The notes beneath the pieces are model-generated. The model had not been told where the DNA came from. It saw only the letters and a list, made by a program, of their open reading frames with translations, and did no database searches. Below, one piece after another: positions 20,043-27,903 of a stretch of 64,000 bases of DNA (its first letter is position 1; each line of letters begins with the position of its first letter). The DNA comes from a phage: sequence record PX436236.1, one strand, 5' to 3'. The translations under genes were made by a program, and so were the position numbers.

Positions 20043-21938
20043 CTATTTAAATAAATTTGCTAATTTTTCCATAGAATCTTCATACATAATTCTATCATAA
20101 TTTCCAAACGAGAATCCGGTGCTATATGAATTTTCCTCTGTGATTTGCTCGGTAGCTACAACTTCACATTCCACTAAAACATATTTACCAATTGAACCCA
20201 TAGGTCCCTTGGAAGCACCGTATACTTTATTAATCTTAAGCATAACCCCACGAGGAAGAATTACTTCGGTTTCTGTAGACCAATTAGCCAAGTCACCGGG
20301 CACAATAACCTTAATTTTATCAGCACCTTTAATAATTAACCCTAGCTTAATGGTATCTCTAGCACTTCCGGTCGCACTTTTAATGGTGTCTTCAAGATTA
20401 CTATCTATATCGCTAGAAAGAGCTTCAGGGTCTAAGTTGGATTGAGCATGACCCATTTCACCGAAAATATTAGGAGCCAATGAAGTTGATGCAAAAATAG
20501 GAAGATACATCACCTTATGTTTTATAGAATTCAAAGCCATTTCGGTAGGCATTATCTGAGAACGATACACTATGGTTCCTTTAGGAAGTTTTGTACCATT
20601 TTCAAATGTAGAATCCAACTCACCAATCATTTTTATCATTTCATCGGTGGTATCTGTTTTACCTAGCAAAAAGTTGTTTATATGGTTGTAGCCGCCACGA
20701 GTATACTTTTTGACTGCCTCTTCTTGAGGTTTGGATAAATTAGGATTATCAGATATCTTAAACAATGGTTGGATAGATTTTGTATAAACTGCTACTAAGG
20801 ATTTTATTACTTCCTTGATTTTAGATTCTCTAGCCCAAGTACCTTTAACTGAATCATCTAAAAGGGCCGCAGCGACTAGTCTAAGAATGTCTACATTAGA
20901 TTTACCTGATTTTAAAGCCTCTATGACACTATTAGATTTATCTAAAGAATCTGATGCCTCTAAAGCAAACTTTATATCAGCAATTAGTTTAAGTTTGCGC
21001 TCGTCTACTTCAAATGATGGATTAACACCGTTAAAAATATAATCCAAATATTCTGCCATTTCTTTAGAGGCGTCTTTTAATATTTTATTACTGGCTAAAG
21101 CTATTTGGCTTTCTTTAGAATCTTCAGAAGAATGAACGGAACTAGTAGCAGAATAATCTGCATAAGCTTTTTTGTGCTCTGCCGAAAATTTACTCAATCC
21201 TGTAGGCTCGGCGGTAGAATATAACGCATTTATAGCGGCCCGTTTAGAAACCTTAGTCTTGGTTATAACCATTTTATCAGAACGTGATTTTTCTATTTCG
21301 TCTATAGACTTAGCTATAGCTTCTAATTTGGTAACATCTTCGCCTGTTTTCTTTGAAACATACACATCACCGACTTCAGATTCGACTTTAGTATACAATT
21401 CCGGATTAATATTAGGAATACCGTTTATTGATTCTATATTTTTATTTTTACGATAGATAAAAACATATGAATGTTTGCCTGTATATTGATACAAGGCATC
21501 AAGGACCTTGAATTGCCCACCTGCTCTAGTAGCTATTAATTTGGCTAGAACTCGTTGTACAGCTTTTTCCTGACCTTTCATTTTCTTAGTAGGAAAACGG
21601 AACATAACGGCATCCATACGGAGCTTTTTAACTTGTTCATAAACCGTATCAAATATAGAACGAATAGCGGAAATGGGGTTACTACCTAAACCACCTTTGA
21701 GTTCTGCCGGGGCCCCTTTAGATGATAGGCTCATTAAAATAATATGAACGTATTTGTCACCCGGTTTAACTTGGCGGATTGTATCACCTTCAGAAGTATA
21801 TGAAACCATGCGTGCAACAAGGTTCTCATTACCTTCAGCCTTTATATTCCAAATCTGCGGTACTTTAAGTTTAGGGTTTAAATTGACAGCTGATAAATCT
21901 ATAGCGCCGTCAAATACCTCATTCAATTGTTCGGACAT
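20043..21938 (-). CDS. alt: Alt-like ADP-ribosyltransferase, paralog 3
   Basis: 631 aa; same N-terminal module; ART motifs VYRS, FASTSL, ETEVILPRG; divergent C-terminus. Confidence 0.85.
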   Translation of the reverse strand: MSEQLNEVFDGAIDLSAVNLNPKLKVPQIWNIKAEGNENLVARMVSYTSEGDTIRQVKPGDKYVHIILMSLSSKGAPAELKGGLGSNPISAIRSIFDTVYEQVKKLRMDAVMFRFPTKKMKGQEKAVQRVLAKLIATRAGGQFKVLDALYQYTGKHSYVFIYRKNKNIESINGIPNINPELYTKVESEVGDVYVSKKTGEDVTKLEAIAKSIDEIEKSRSDKMVITKTKVSKRAAINALYSTAEPTGLSKFSAEHKKAYADYSATSSVHSSEDSKESQIALASNKILKDASKEMAEYLDYIFNGVNPSFEVDERKLKLIADIKFALEASDSLDKSNSVIEALKSGKSNVDILRLVAAALLDDSVKGTWARESKIKEVIKSLVAVYTKSIQPLFKISDNPNLSKPQEEAVKKYTRGGYNHINNFLLGKTDTTDEMIKMIGELDSTFENGTKLPKGTIVYRSQIMPTEMALNSIKHKVMYLPIFASTSLAPNIFGEMGHAQSNLDPEALSSDIDSNLEDTIKSATGSARDTIKLGLIIKGADKIKVIVPGDLANWSTETEVILPRGVMLKINKVYGASKGPMGSIGKYVLVECEVVATEQITEENSYSTGFSFGNYDRIMYEDSMEKLANLFK

Positions 21939-21960
21939 AATAATTCCTCTTTAATAACCT

Positions 21961-21968
21961 TATTTATG
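21961..21968 (-). promoter_or_regulatory. Candidate late promoter variant CATAAATA for the alt operon
   Basis: Minus-strand CATAAATA (one mismatch to TATAAATA) about 23 nt upstream of the first alt ATG. Confidence 0.35.
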
Positions 21969-21974
21969 CCAGAA

Positions 21975-21990
21975 AAGGCCCGAAGGCCTT
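21975..21990 (-). terminator. UUCG-loop hairpin after the ligase-distal ORF
   Basis: mRNA-sense AAGGCC-UUCG-GGCCUU overlapping the stop codon, followed by UUUUCUGG. Confidence 0.55.
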
Positions 21991-22213
21991 AAAGTGGTAG
22001 CAACGTACGGTATACTTCAAATTTAGGACCCTTTTCATAGCGGTCGAAATTATCTTTAAAATCAGCGAATGCGATTTCATTTTCAAATTCAAGGACAATT
22101 TGGGACACTGCGGTGGAGACATCGCCACCTTCTTTATATCCAATAACCACGGTTTCTAAATAAGCTTTCATATTATAGTCCAGTTTGAGACCAATCGCCA
22201 AATACATCTTCAA
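21989..22213 (-). CDS. Hypothetical protein
   Basis: 74 aa ORF downstream of ligase; start uncertain (alternative ATG at 22171). Confidence 0.45.
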   Translation of the reverse strand: MKMYLAIGLKLDYNMKAYLETVVIGYKEGGDVSTAVSQIVLEFENEIAFADFKDNFDRYEKGPKFEVYRTLLPL

Positions 22214-23696
22214 ATGAATCGGCTTCCGTTTTATCGAAACGCCAACCTTTAATAGTTGGAAGGAAAATACTTACAGTATCAGTGCGTCCTTTAGAATGAA
22301 CCCACCCATTACATTCACAGTCGGCAATACGCCCAATCAACTTACCTTCACGGGCTTGTTTCATAAGAAGTTCACGGTCTAAATCAGGACGATCTTCCAA
22401 TGGAATCAATACCTTTTTACCAGATTTATCTTTCTTATGGGTGGTATCTTTAAAACCAGAACCACAGTCAGTTGTAATACGACGACAACGTGATACTAAC
22501 TCTATACCGCCAATCTTATTGGGGTCCTTCGAGTGTTCATAGTAACCTACTACTTCTAAAGCAATATCGATTACTTCTTTGAACTTGATAAGATTCTTAG
22601 AACGGCGGTTCTCCCAGTAGGAGTCCATGTTCTTAAGGATAATACCTTCCAAGCGTTTACCGATATATTTCTTATAAACCGCTTTAGCTTCAGCCAAATT
22701 GTTAACCCATTGGTTTTCAATAGCTTCAACACGCGTTGTACCATGCAATACGACATTATGGGCAACCATAAGTTCTAAGGCTGTAAAGCGTACATCATAC
22801 TTATCGCCTTTAATTTTACCTTCGGAATATACGACATCCAATGGGACATAATCCCATGCCTGTAATACCATACCTGCGGCTTCGGTCGGAGTAATAGTTC
22901 CTTGAAGAGCCTTGTTAGCCAAGCCGTTTGAAGTGGAACGATCGGCGACAGTTTGGAATTCCTTAGCCTTACTTAATTCAGGAAGTTCCTCATCAAACAT
23001 ACTAAACAAATCATTAGATGCTTTAGGTTCTACTTTAGGAGTATGGTAAACTAATTCACCATCAATCATAACACCATTAGGATGACGTTGACGAGCTTCT
23101 TCGGTCATCACCATTAATTCAGCAGCTAAAAGATGAAGCCCTTGGTATTCATTACCACCACGAGTAAGGAACGTCACACCATCATTACGAACTTCAGCAA
23201 AACAACGAGCGCCATCAGCTTTTAATTGAGCAAACGCTGGCCATTTAATATTTTTCTTAATCAAAGCTTCATCATAAGAACTCGCCAACATCTGCGGTTG
23301 TTCAGGGATTAAACCTTTCCAAACCTTGTTAGCAATAGAAATCGATGCACCACATTCAAGGTCGCGCATCATTACACGACGTAATACCTCGGCATCCGGG
23401 GCCTTAGCATCAGCAATGATTTGAGCCAGTTCTTCAATAGCCGCATTACCCGTAATCTTACGTGTGGCTAATGTGAATTCAGCGAAATCAAGAAGGTCTT
23501 CAAGAGTAATCATACCAAAGGATTGAGATGTAAATCCAGGTTCTGGCCACTTTTTAATACCGTAGTTCAGACGACGGGTATAAGCCATACGATAAACACG
23601 TTTCAGAAGCTCATTGTTCTTTTCACGAGCAATAATGGCTTCTTTAGCTTTAGTAGAATCAATAGCAGCAATTTCGTTTAAAATATCTAAAATCAT
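22173..23696 (-). CDS. 30: ATP-dependent DNA ligase gp30
   Basis: 507 aa from internal ATG with RBS GAGGTG; matches remembered T4 ligase throughout (MILKILNEIA.., FAQLKADGARCFAEV, ECNGW). Confidence 0.9.
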   Translation of the reverse strand: MILDILNEIAAIDSTKAKEAIIAREKNNELLKRVYRMAYTRRLNYGIKKWPEPGFTSQSFGMITLEDLLDFAEFTLATRKITGNAAIEELAQIIADAKAPDAEVLRRVMMRDLECGASISIANKVWKGLIPEQPQMLASSYDEALIKKNIKWPAFAQLKADGARCFAEVRNDGVTFLTRGGNEYQGLHLLAAELMVMTEEARQRHPNGVMIDGELVYHTPKVEPKASNDLFSMFDEELPELSKAKEFQTVADRSTSNGLANKALQGTITPTEAAGMVLQAWDYVPLDVVYSEGKIKGDKYDVRFTALELMVAHNVVLHGTTRVEAIENQWVNNLAEAKAVYKKYIGKRLEGIILKNMDSYWENRRSKNLIKFKEVIDIALEVVGYYEHSKDPNKIGGIELVSRCRRITTDCGSGFKDTTHKKDKSGKKVLIPLEDRPDLDRELLMKQAREGKLIGRIADCECNGWVHSKGRTDTVSIFLPTIKGWRFDKTEADSFEDVFGDWSQTGL

Positions 23697-23706
23697 AATC
23701 ACCTCA

Positions 23707-23985
23707 TTAGTCATGGATTCTATTATAAGCCACATCAGCCAAAAGCAAGTCTAATCGCTTATGATAAGAGAACACAAATCTCATTCGCCCATCAGATTTG
23801 AACTTGGACATAAAGTGGACATAAATGAATCCCTGTTCGACGCATTCGCGCCAAACAGGATGGTCTTTAGCCGGATTTACATCAAATGAGTAATCATGAT
23901 TCACATGACGAATAAACTGGTTTACATGACCATAATCCATTGTAGTGGTAGGACCATAGTCTGAAATTGTATGAACTACAAACAT
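23707..23985 (-). CDS. Hypothetical protein (30.1 region)
   Basis: 92 aa from internal ATG with RBS GAGG. Confidence 0.5.
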   Translation of the reverse strand: MFVVHTISDYGPTTTMDYGHVNQFIRHVNHDYSFDVNPAKDHPVWRECVEQGFIYVHFMSKFKSDGRMRFVFSYHKRLDLLLADVAYNRIHD

Positions 23986-23986
23986 A

Positions 23987-24625
23987 TTAACCTCGAGCAA
24001 TCCATTCAACTGCGGCATTATTACGAAGGGATTCGATTGCTGCGATATCGTCCCATGAATTAACCTTTACGGCTAAATTAGGTTTAAAGTCACGTTCACC
24101 ACGAGCTAACCAATAAACTTGGATATCCATGAGAACATTAGATGCAGCATCACAGTGGTGAGCCAAATCATCAACATAAAACTTAATACGTTTACCGTAC
24201 GTATTTTTAGCTCTTATGAAGAGGTCTTCTTTTGATTCTGAATGACCACACATCAGAATCTCCTTGAATGCGCCAGGGAACAAAGCATTCAAATTGAATT
24301 GTCTATTCAGCAGGGCATCAATTGAGTCGCCTAGCGCAGTCACGGCTACAAAATCGAAGTCTTTTTTGAGCCTGTTGATATGTTTTAATGCGTCCATGTA
24401 AGGAGACAGATAACGAATAAAATCTGACTGATTATATTTCTCGATTAAACGAGCGCCTAATTCATTATCACAATTAAACAGCTCGCCTGGAGATAAGAAA
24501 CGTTCGTCCTGAATCATATTCAAAATATGTTCTAAAGGCAAATTATATTTCTGTGCGAAATAAGGCAAGCCGGACTGCCAACTTAAACATACTCCATCGA
24601 TATCTGTTAAGATAACTGGTTTCAT
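23987..24625 (-). CDS. HAD-superfamily hydrolase-like protein
   Basis: 212 aa; N-terminal ILTDIDGV (HAD motif I DxDG), later TALGDS and VDD acidic motif. Confidence 0.5.
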   Translation of the reverse strand: MKPVILTDIDGVCLSWQSGLPYFAQKYNLPLEHILNMIQDERFLSPGELFNCDNELGARLIEKYNQSDFIRYLSPYMDALKHINRLKKDFDFVAVTALGDSIDALLNRQFNLNALFPGAFKEILMCGHSESKEDLFIRAKNTYGKRIKFYVDDLAHHCDAASNVLMDIQVYWLARGERDFKPNLAVKVNSWDDIAAIESLRNNAAVEWIARG

Positions 24626-25080
24626 AATAAATCTCTCAATTTGTTTAGGATGTCGATAAACTCTTTTTCAGTTAGTATTGTATCACATTCTGTAAGGTGG
24701 CTCGCCATCGAATGCTTTAAAACTTTGCCCTTTGTAGCTTGTAATGCGTCGCGGAATCCTTTGTTTTGGAGCGCTGCTTCAAAATATGCATTTGTATACA
24801 ACTCTTTCCATGATGTAGAGTATCTTGAAAAGGGAATTCCAAGCCAGAACAGCGTCCCACGGTCCGCAGCTCTAGCATAAGCTCTTCCAGTTTGTTGTGC
24901 GGCCAGACCGGACATCCCAAATATACGTTTTTGTTGTTCATGATTTCTCACCTTACATCCTTGGAGGAATCCTTCGAGCCCACCAAATTGGATACCATCC
25001 ATAACGAAAGGCCATTTAGCAAAGTTACTTAATGCACACGATGGCCATGGAAAATTGCTTCTTATTTCTAACTCAGACAT
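24622..25080 (-). CDS. NADAR/YbiA-like (DUF1768-like) protein, tentative
   Basis: 152 aa from first ATG (track uses GTG); segment LSNFAKWPFVMDGIQFGGLEGFLQGCK resembles the YbiA/NADAR SNF..WP..VDG..E.FQ..K core. Confidence 0.4.
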   Translation of the reverse strand: MSELEIRSNFPWPSCALSNFAKWPFVMDGIQFGGLEGFLQGCKVRNHEQQKRIFGMSGLAAQQTGRAYARAADRGTLFWLGIPFSRYSTSWKELYTNAYFEAALQNKGFRDALQATKGKVLKHSMASHLTECDTILTEKEFIDILNKLRDLL

Positions 25081-25285
25081 CTTTGACACTTATAATTTCG
25101 ACATCAGCCCAATGACCATAACCAGGTAGACGGTCTTTAATAGATAATCCGCCGTCAGATTTCAGCATTTTAATTGTTTTAGTATATGGTTCATCTTGTG
25201 GATGCACAGGAGATAAATCAGTTACACGATAAGTCACTTCGACCATTTCCGTACCTAATAATTTCTGAATCAATTTCTTAAACAT
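25073..25285 (-). CDS. Hypothetical protein
   Basis: 70 aa ORF with RBS GAGGA. Confidence 0.5.
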   Translation of the reverse strand: MFKKLIQKLLGTEMVEVTYRVTDLSPVHPQDEPYTKTIKMLKSDGGLSIKDRLPGYGHWADVEIISVKDV

Positions 25286-25286
25286 A

Positions 25287-25481
25287 TTATCCTCGCTTTA
25301 AACATTTGATTACAGACAGTTCACCGCCCATGCGAACGTCTTCAGTTCCATCGACCCATAAGACGGTGTAGGCTTCTTTAATAGTAACATTACCTAATTT
25401 AAAAGCAGGTAGAACCTTTGAAATCATTCCAGGAATACCTACGCCTTTTAACTGGACTGTTTGCGATAAAAATAGTTGCAT
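25287..25481 (-). CDS. Hypothetical protein
   Basis: 64 aa ORF; TAATG overlap with the upstream gene. Confidence 0.45.
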   Translation of the reverse strand: MQLFLSQTVQLKGVGIPGMISKVLPAFKLGNVTIKEAYTVLWVDGTEDVRMGGELSVIKCLKRG

Positions 25482-25768
25482 TAGAACCTCATCTGAAAGC
25501 CGTGTGATTTAACATTACCGCCGTAGATGTCAGAGGTGTTGACTTCACGGGCGGCACTAGGGTCGATATTGATATCACGGTTGAGCTTAGTGATTGCTAA
25601 GGTATCACGACCATTAACAGTACGGAATTCTACAGGGCATACAACATCAGCATAGGCCTTAATAGATTCACGAGTAGGTTGTTTGTCGGCAGGAACGTCT
25701 TTACCTGCTTTAGAGAAAACAACTTCACAGAAATTTTTACGAGTATCGAAATAAGTGGTCATAAACAT
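25481..25768 (-). CDS. Hypothetical protein
   Basis: 95 aa from internal ATG preceded by the conserved leader GAGGAAAATATT; the track start at 25801 lies inside a hairpin. Confidence 0.5.
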   Translation of the reverse strand: MFMTTYFDTRKNFCEVVFSKAGKDVPADKQPTRESIKAYADVVCPVEFRTVNGRDTLAITKLNRDINIDPSAAREVNTSDIYGGNVKSHGFQMRF

Positions 25769-25783
25769 AATATTTTCCTCAAA

Positions 25784-25799
25784 GGAGGCCGAAGCCTCC
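25784..25799 (-). terminator. C(UUCG)G hairpin
   Basis: mRNA-sense GGAGGC-UUCG-GCCUCC followed by UUU and then the RBS of the next gene; likely partial terminator or stabiliser. Confidence 0.5.
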
Positions 25800-25809
25800 A
25801 TTTTTAAGA

Positions 25810-26175
25810 TTAGATATCGAATTCGTTCAGAACTACATCAAAGATTGCTTCCAGGTGTTCAGGTTTAGCTCGGTTGCTCAGGATGTGACGAATCCAGGTT
25901 TTAACCAGAAGCTTACGATTAACGCCGTTCCAGCAAGGATGAGTACCTAAATCACGTTGACGGAAATCATCATCTAAAGCTATTTTAAAAGAAGAACCTT
26001 CTTTAGTGATTGAAAGAGTGATACCATTTTCAAAGCGCATATAAACGTAGTTAGGAGACATGCACTGTTCGATTTCGCACACCGCGCCGTTGTTGTGTTT
26101 CCACAGGCAAATAACTTCAGAAGAACCAGCGATACCGTTAGAAACATATTTACGTTCGAAGTTGATGTAGTTCAT
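25810..26175 (-). CDS. Hypothetical protein
   Basis: 121 aa; RBS AAACAAACTGGAGAATAAA identical to that of the next upstream gene. Confidence 0.5.
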   Translation of the reverse strand: MNYINFERKYVSNGIAGSSEVICLWKHNNGAVCEIEQCMSPNYVYMRFENGITLSITKEGSSFKIALDDDFRQRDLGTHPCWNGVNRKLLVKTWIRHILSNRAKPEHLEAIFDVVLNEFDI

Positions 26176-26216
26176 TTTATTCTCCAGTTTGTTTTCGTAT
26201 TATTTGGTACAGGTCT

Positions 26217-26246
26217 ATAATAACACAACCTGTACCAAAGTAAAAC
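26217..26246 (-). promoter_or_regulatory. Early promoter cassette with inverted repeat (PeSL-like)
   Basis: Minus-strand GTTTTAC-N17-TATTAT; the -10 sits inside an 11-bp perfect inverted repeat (26204-26214 / 26228-26238). Confidence 0.55.
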
Positions 26247-26248
26247 AT

Positions 26249-26581
26249 TTATTTCACAACATTCCAATTTTTCATATCAAGTTTACCAACTTTTTTCATC
26301 TGAGCAATCAGACGTTCAGCACGTGTACGGGCATTAACATAATAGAATTCACCATTTTTGTTTTCTTCAATACGACCAGTAATTACAGTTTTCAGTTCAT
26401 AAATCCAACCTGTAAAGAAGTTGTGAAGCTCGATGGTGAATGTAAAATCAGTACCCATACCTTCAGTTGTTTCAACTTCGATGATATCACCTTCAACTGC
26501 AGTCAGGACCCACATGGTTTCTTGATATTCACCGTTGAAACATTTAGCTTTAACAGATGCATTCAGATTTACAGTTTTCAT
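26249..26581 (-). CDS. Hypothetical protein
   Basis: 110 aa; promoter-leader nearly identical to that at 26176-26246. Confidence 0.5.
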   Translation of the reverse strand: MKTVNLNASVKAKCFNGEYQETMWVLTAVEGDIIEVETTEGMGTDFTFTIELHNFFTGWIYELKTVITGRIEENKNGEFYYVNARTRAERLIAQMKKVGKLDMKNWNVVK

Positions 26582-26622
26582 TTTATTCTCCAGTTTGTTT
26601 TAGTATTATTTGGTACATGTCT

Positions 26623-26651
26623 ATAGTATCATGCCTACCGGAGATGTACAC
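26623..26651 (-). promoter_or_regulatory. Early promoter cassette (duplicate of the 26217-26246 cassette)
   Basis: Minus-strand GTGTAC-N17-TACTAT; the flanking about 45 nt is near-identical to 26176-26220. Confidence 0.5.
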
Positions 26652-26679
26652 CCTTTTTTAAAGATTTAGAAACAAAAAT

Positions 26680-26697
26680 GGGACTCCGAAGAGTCCC
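26680..26697 (-). terminator. Intrinsic terminator with UUCG loop
   Basis: mRNA-sense GGGACUC-UUCG-GAGUCCC followed by AUUUUUGUUUC. Confidence 0.7.
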
Positions 26698-26702
26698 ATA
26701 AC

Positions 26703-26864
26703 TTATGCCTGAGGCTTACCAAAGCAAGCAGCATCTGCACGCAATACTGCACGAGCACGAGCTTGAAGCTTATCAACTACCTGATTGATACGCTTGTTGG
26801 ACGCACGCTTGTAACCAGCGCGTTTAGAGGTACCGTCAACTACTTTAACTTCTTTCTTAGCCAT
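26703..26864 (-). CDS. Small basic protein (hypothetical)
   Basis: 53 aa ORF below the track cutoff (MAKKEVKVVDGTSKRAGYKRASNKRINQVVDKLQARARAVLRADAACFGKPQA), pI strongly basic; weak RBS; terminator immediately downstream. Confidence 0.4.
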   Translation of the reverse strand: MAKKEVKVVDGTSKRAGYKRASNKRINQVVDKLQARARAVLRADAACFGKPQA

Positions 26865-27126
26865 TTTAAATCTCTTAAATTAGGATGCAGGACTTATTGG
26901 CGTTGCCTGCGCAAGCCCTCAAGGGGAACATAGGTTTCGGATATTTAACGACAGGATAACCATAAACCTCGTCATCATACCAACCACGACTTAGACAGAT
27001 AACCTTTTTCTGACGCGTGATAGTACAAAATACATTCAAGAGGTACACCGTAAAACTGTTGGGGTCTTAAAACTATAATGATTCGCAAATCATTAATCAA
27101 ACAGTTCGACGGCTCCTCGATTTAAC

Positions 27127-27375
27127 TTACTTCAGGGTAATAATAAAATGACGTACTGCTTTACGAGCTGCTGAAGCCAAAGGCTTAGCAAATTTCAGTT
27201 CATCTTTAGCTTCCAGTTCAGCAGCCAGAGTAGCCTGAGCAGGATTCAGATGTTTGAAATAACGCAGGATTTCCAGTGCTTCGGCTTCAACATCAATAGA
27301 TGCGCCGTAGTTTTCGTGACCGTTGTTCCAAGCGTTGCGTTGCAGTTCAAGAGCGTGATTCAATTGTTTGTTCAT
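27127..27375 (-). CDS. rIII: rIII lysis inhibition accessory protein
   Basis: 82 aa (T4 rIII is 82 aa); position downstream of gene 31. Confidence 0.6.
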   Translation of the reverse strand: MNKQLNHALELQRNAWNNGHENYGASIDVEAEALEILRYFKHLNPAQATLAAELEAKDELKFAKPLASAARKAVRHFIITLK

Positions 27376-27513
27376 TTTAGTTTCTCAATTCGAGATAAAG
27401 ATTGGTGGACACGTTCTTCTGAATTTCACTTCCTTTCGGCAAGTCTCTCAGTTGTAGTCCACCGCTTAGGATTCTCCGGTTAACTAACTAGTCCGGCAGC
27501 CAATCCATATTAT

Positions 27514-27521
27514 TATTTATA
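27514..27521 (-). promoter_or_regulatory. Candidate late promoter TATAAATA upstream of rIII
   Basis: Minus-strand TATAAATA immediately after the gp31 stop, about 140 nt upstream of the rIII ATG; could be a chance match in AT-rich DNA. Confidence 0.35.
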
Positions 27522-27845
27522 TCACTTATAAAGGCAAGGAATAGCTTTATAGTGACAGGTAACGAATTTTTGTTTAATTTCTTTAGGTTGTTTAATACCC
27601 AATGCAACCAAAGGATGAGGCACGTTAGCAATCTTACCAACAGGAAGTGGAGTCAAATCACCTACTTCACAAAAATCTTCAGGGACATCAGGTCCTACAG
27701 AATAAATTTCACAAAGTTCAGGGATTTCACCTTGATGAAGTTTGCCAATAACGATACCAGATGCAGTAGTTTCTTCATCACCAGCTTGTTTTGGTTCGGA
27801 AACGAGAATAACATATTCTCCGACCGCTTTAATAGGAAGTTCCAT
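27522..27845 (-). CDS. 31: Co-chaperonin gp31 (GroES-like)
   Basis: 107 aa; near-identical to remembered T4 gp31 ([41 protein letters not shown]). Confidence 0.9.
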   Translation of the reverse strand: MELPIKAVGEYVILVSEPKQAGDEETTASGIVIGKLHQGEIPELCEIYSVGPDVPEDFCEVGDLTPLPVGKIANVPHPLVALGIKQPKEIKQKFVTCHYKAIPCLYK

Positions 27846-27903
27846 ATTTAATCCATATTGTTTTGTTGATAGATTAATAATAACACGCTATTCTTAAAGC
27901 ATA

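Noticed and set aside
16058-21456. Multiple plus-strand ORFs inside the three alt genes (for example 17002..17466, 18737..19111, 19324..19791, 20119..20445)
   Set aside because: All are antisense to the long alt reading frames and lack RBS or promoter context.
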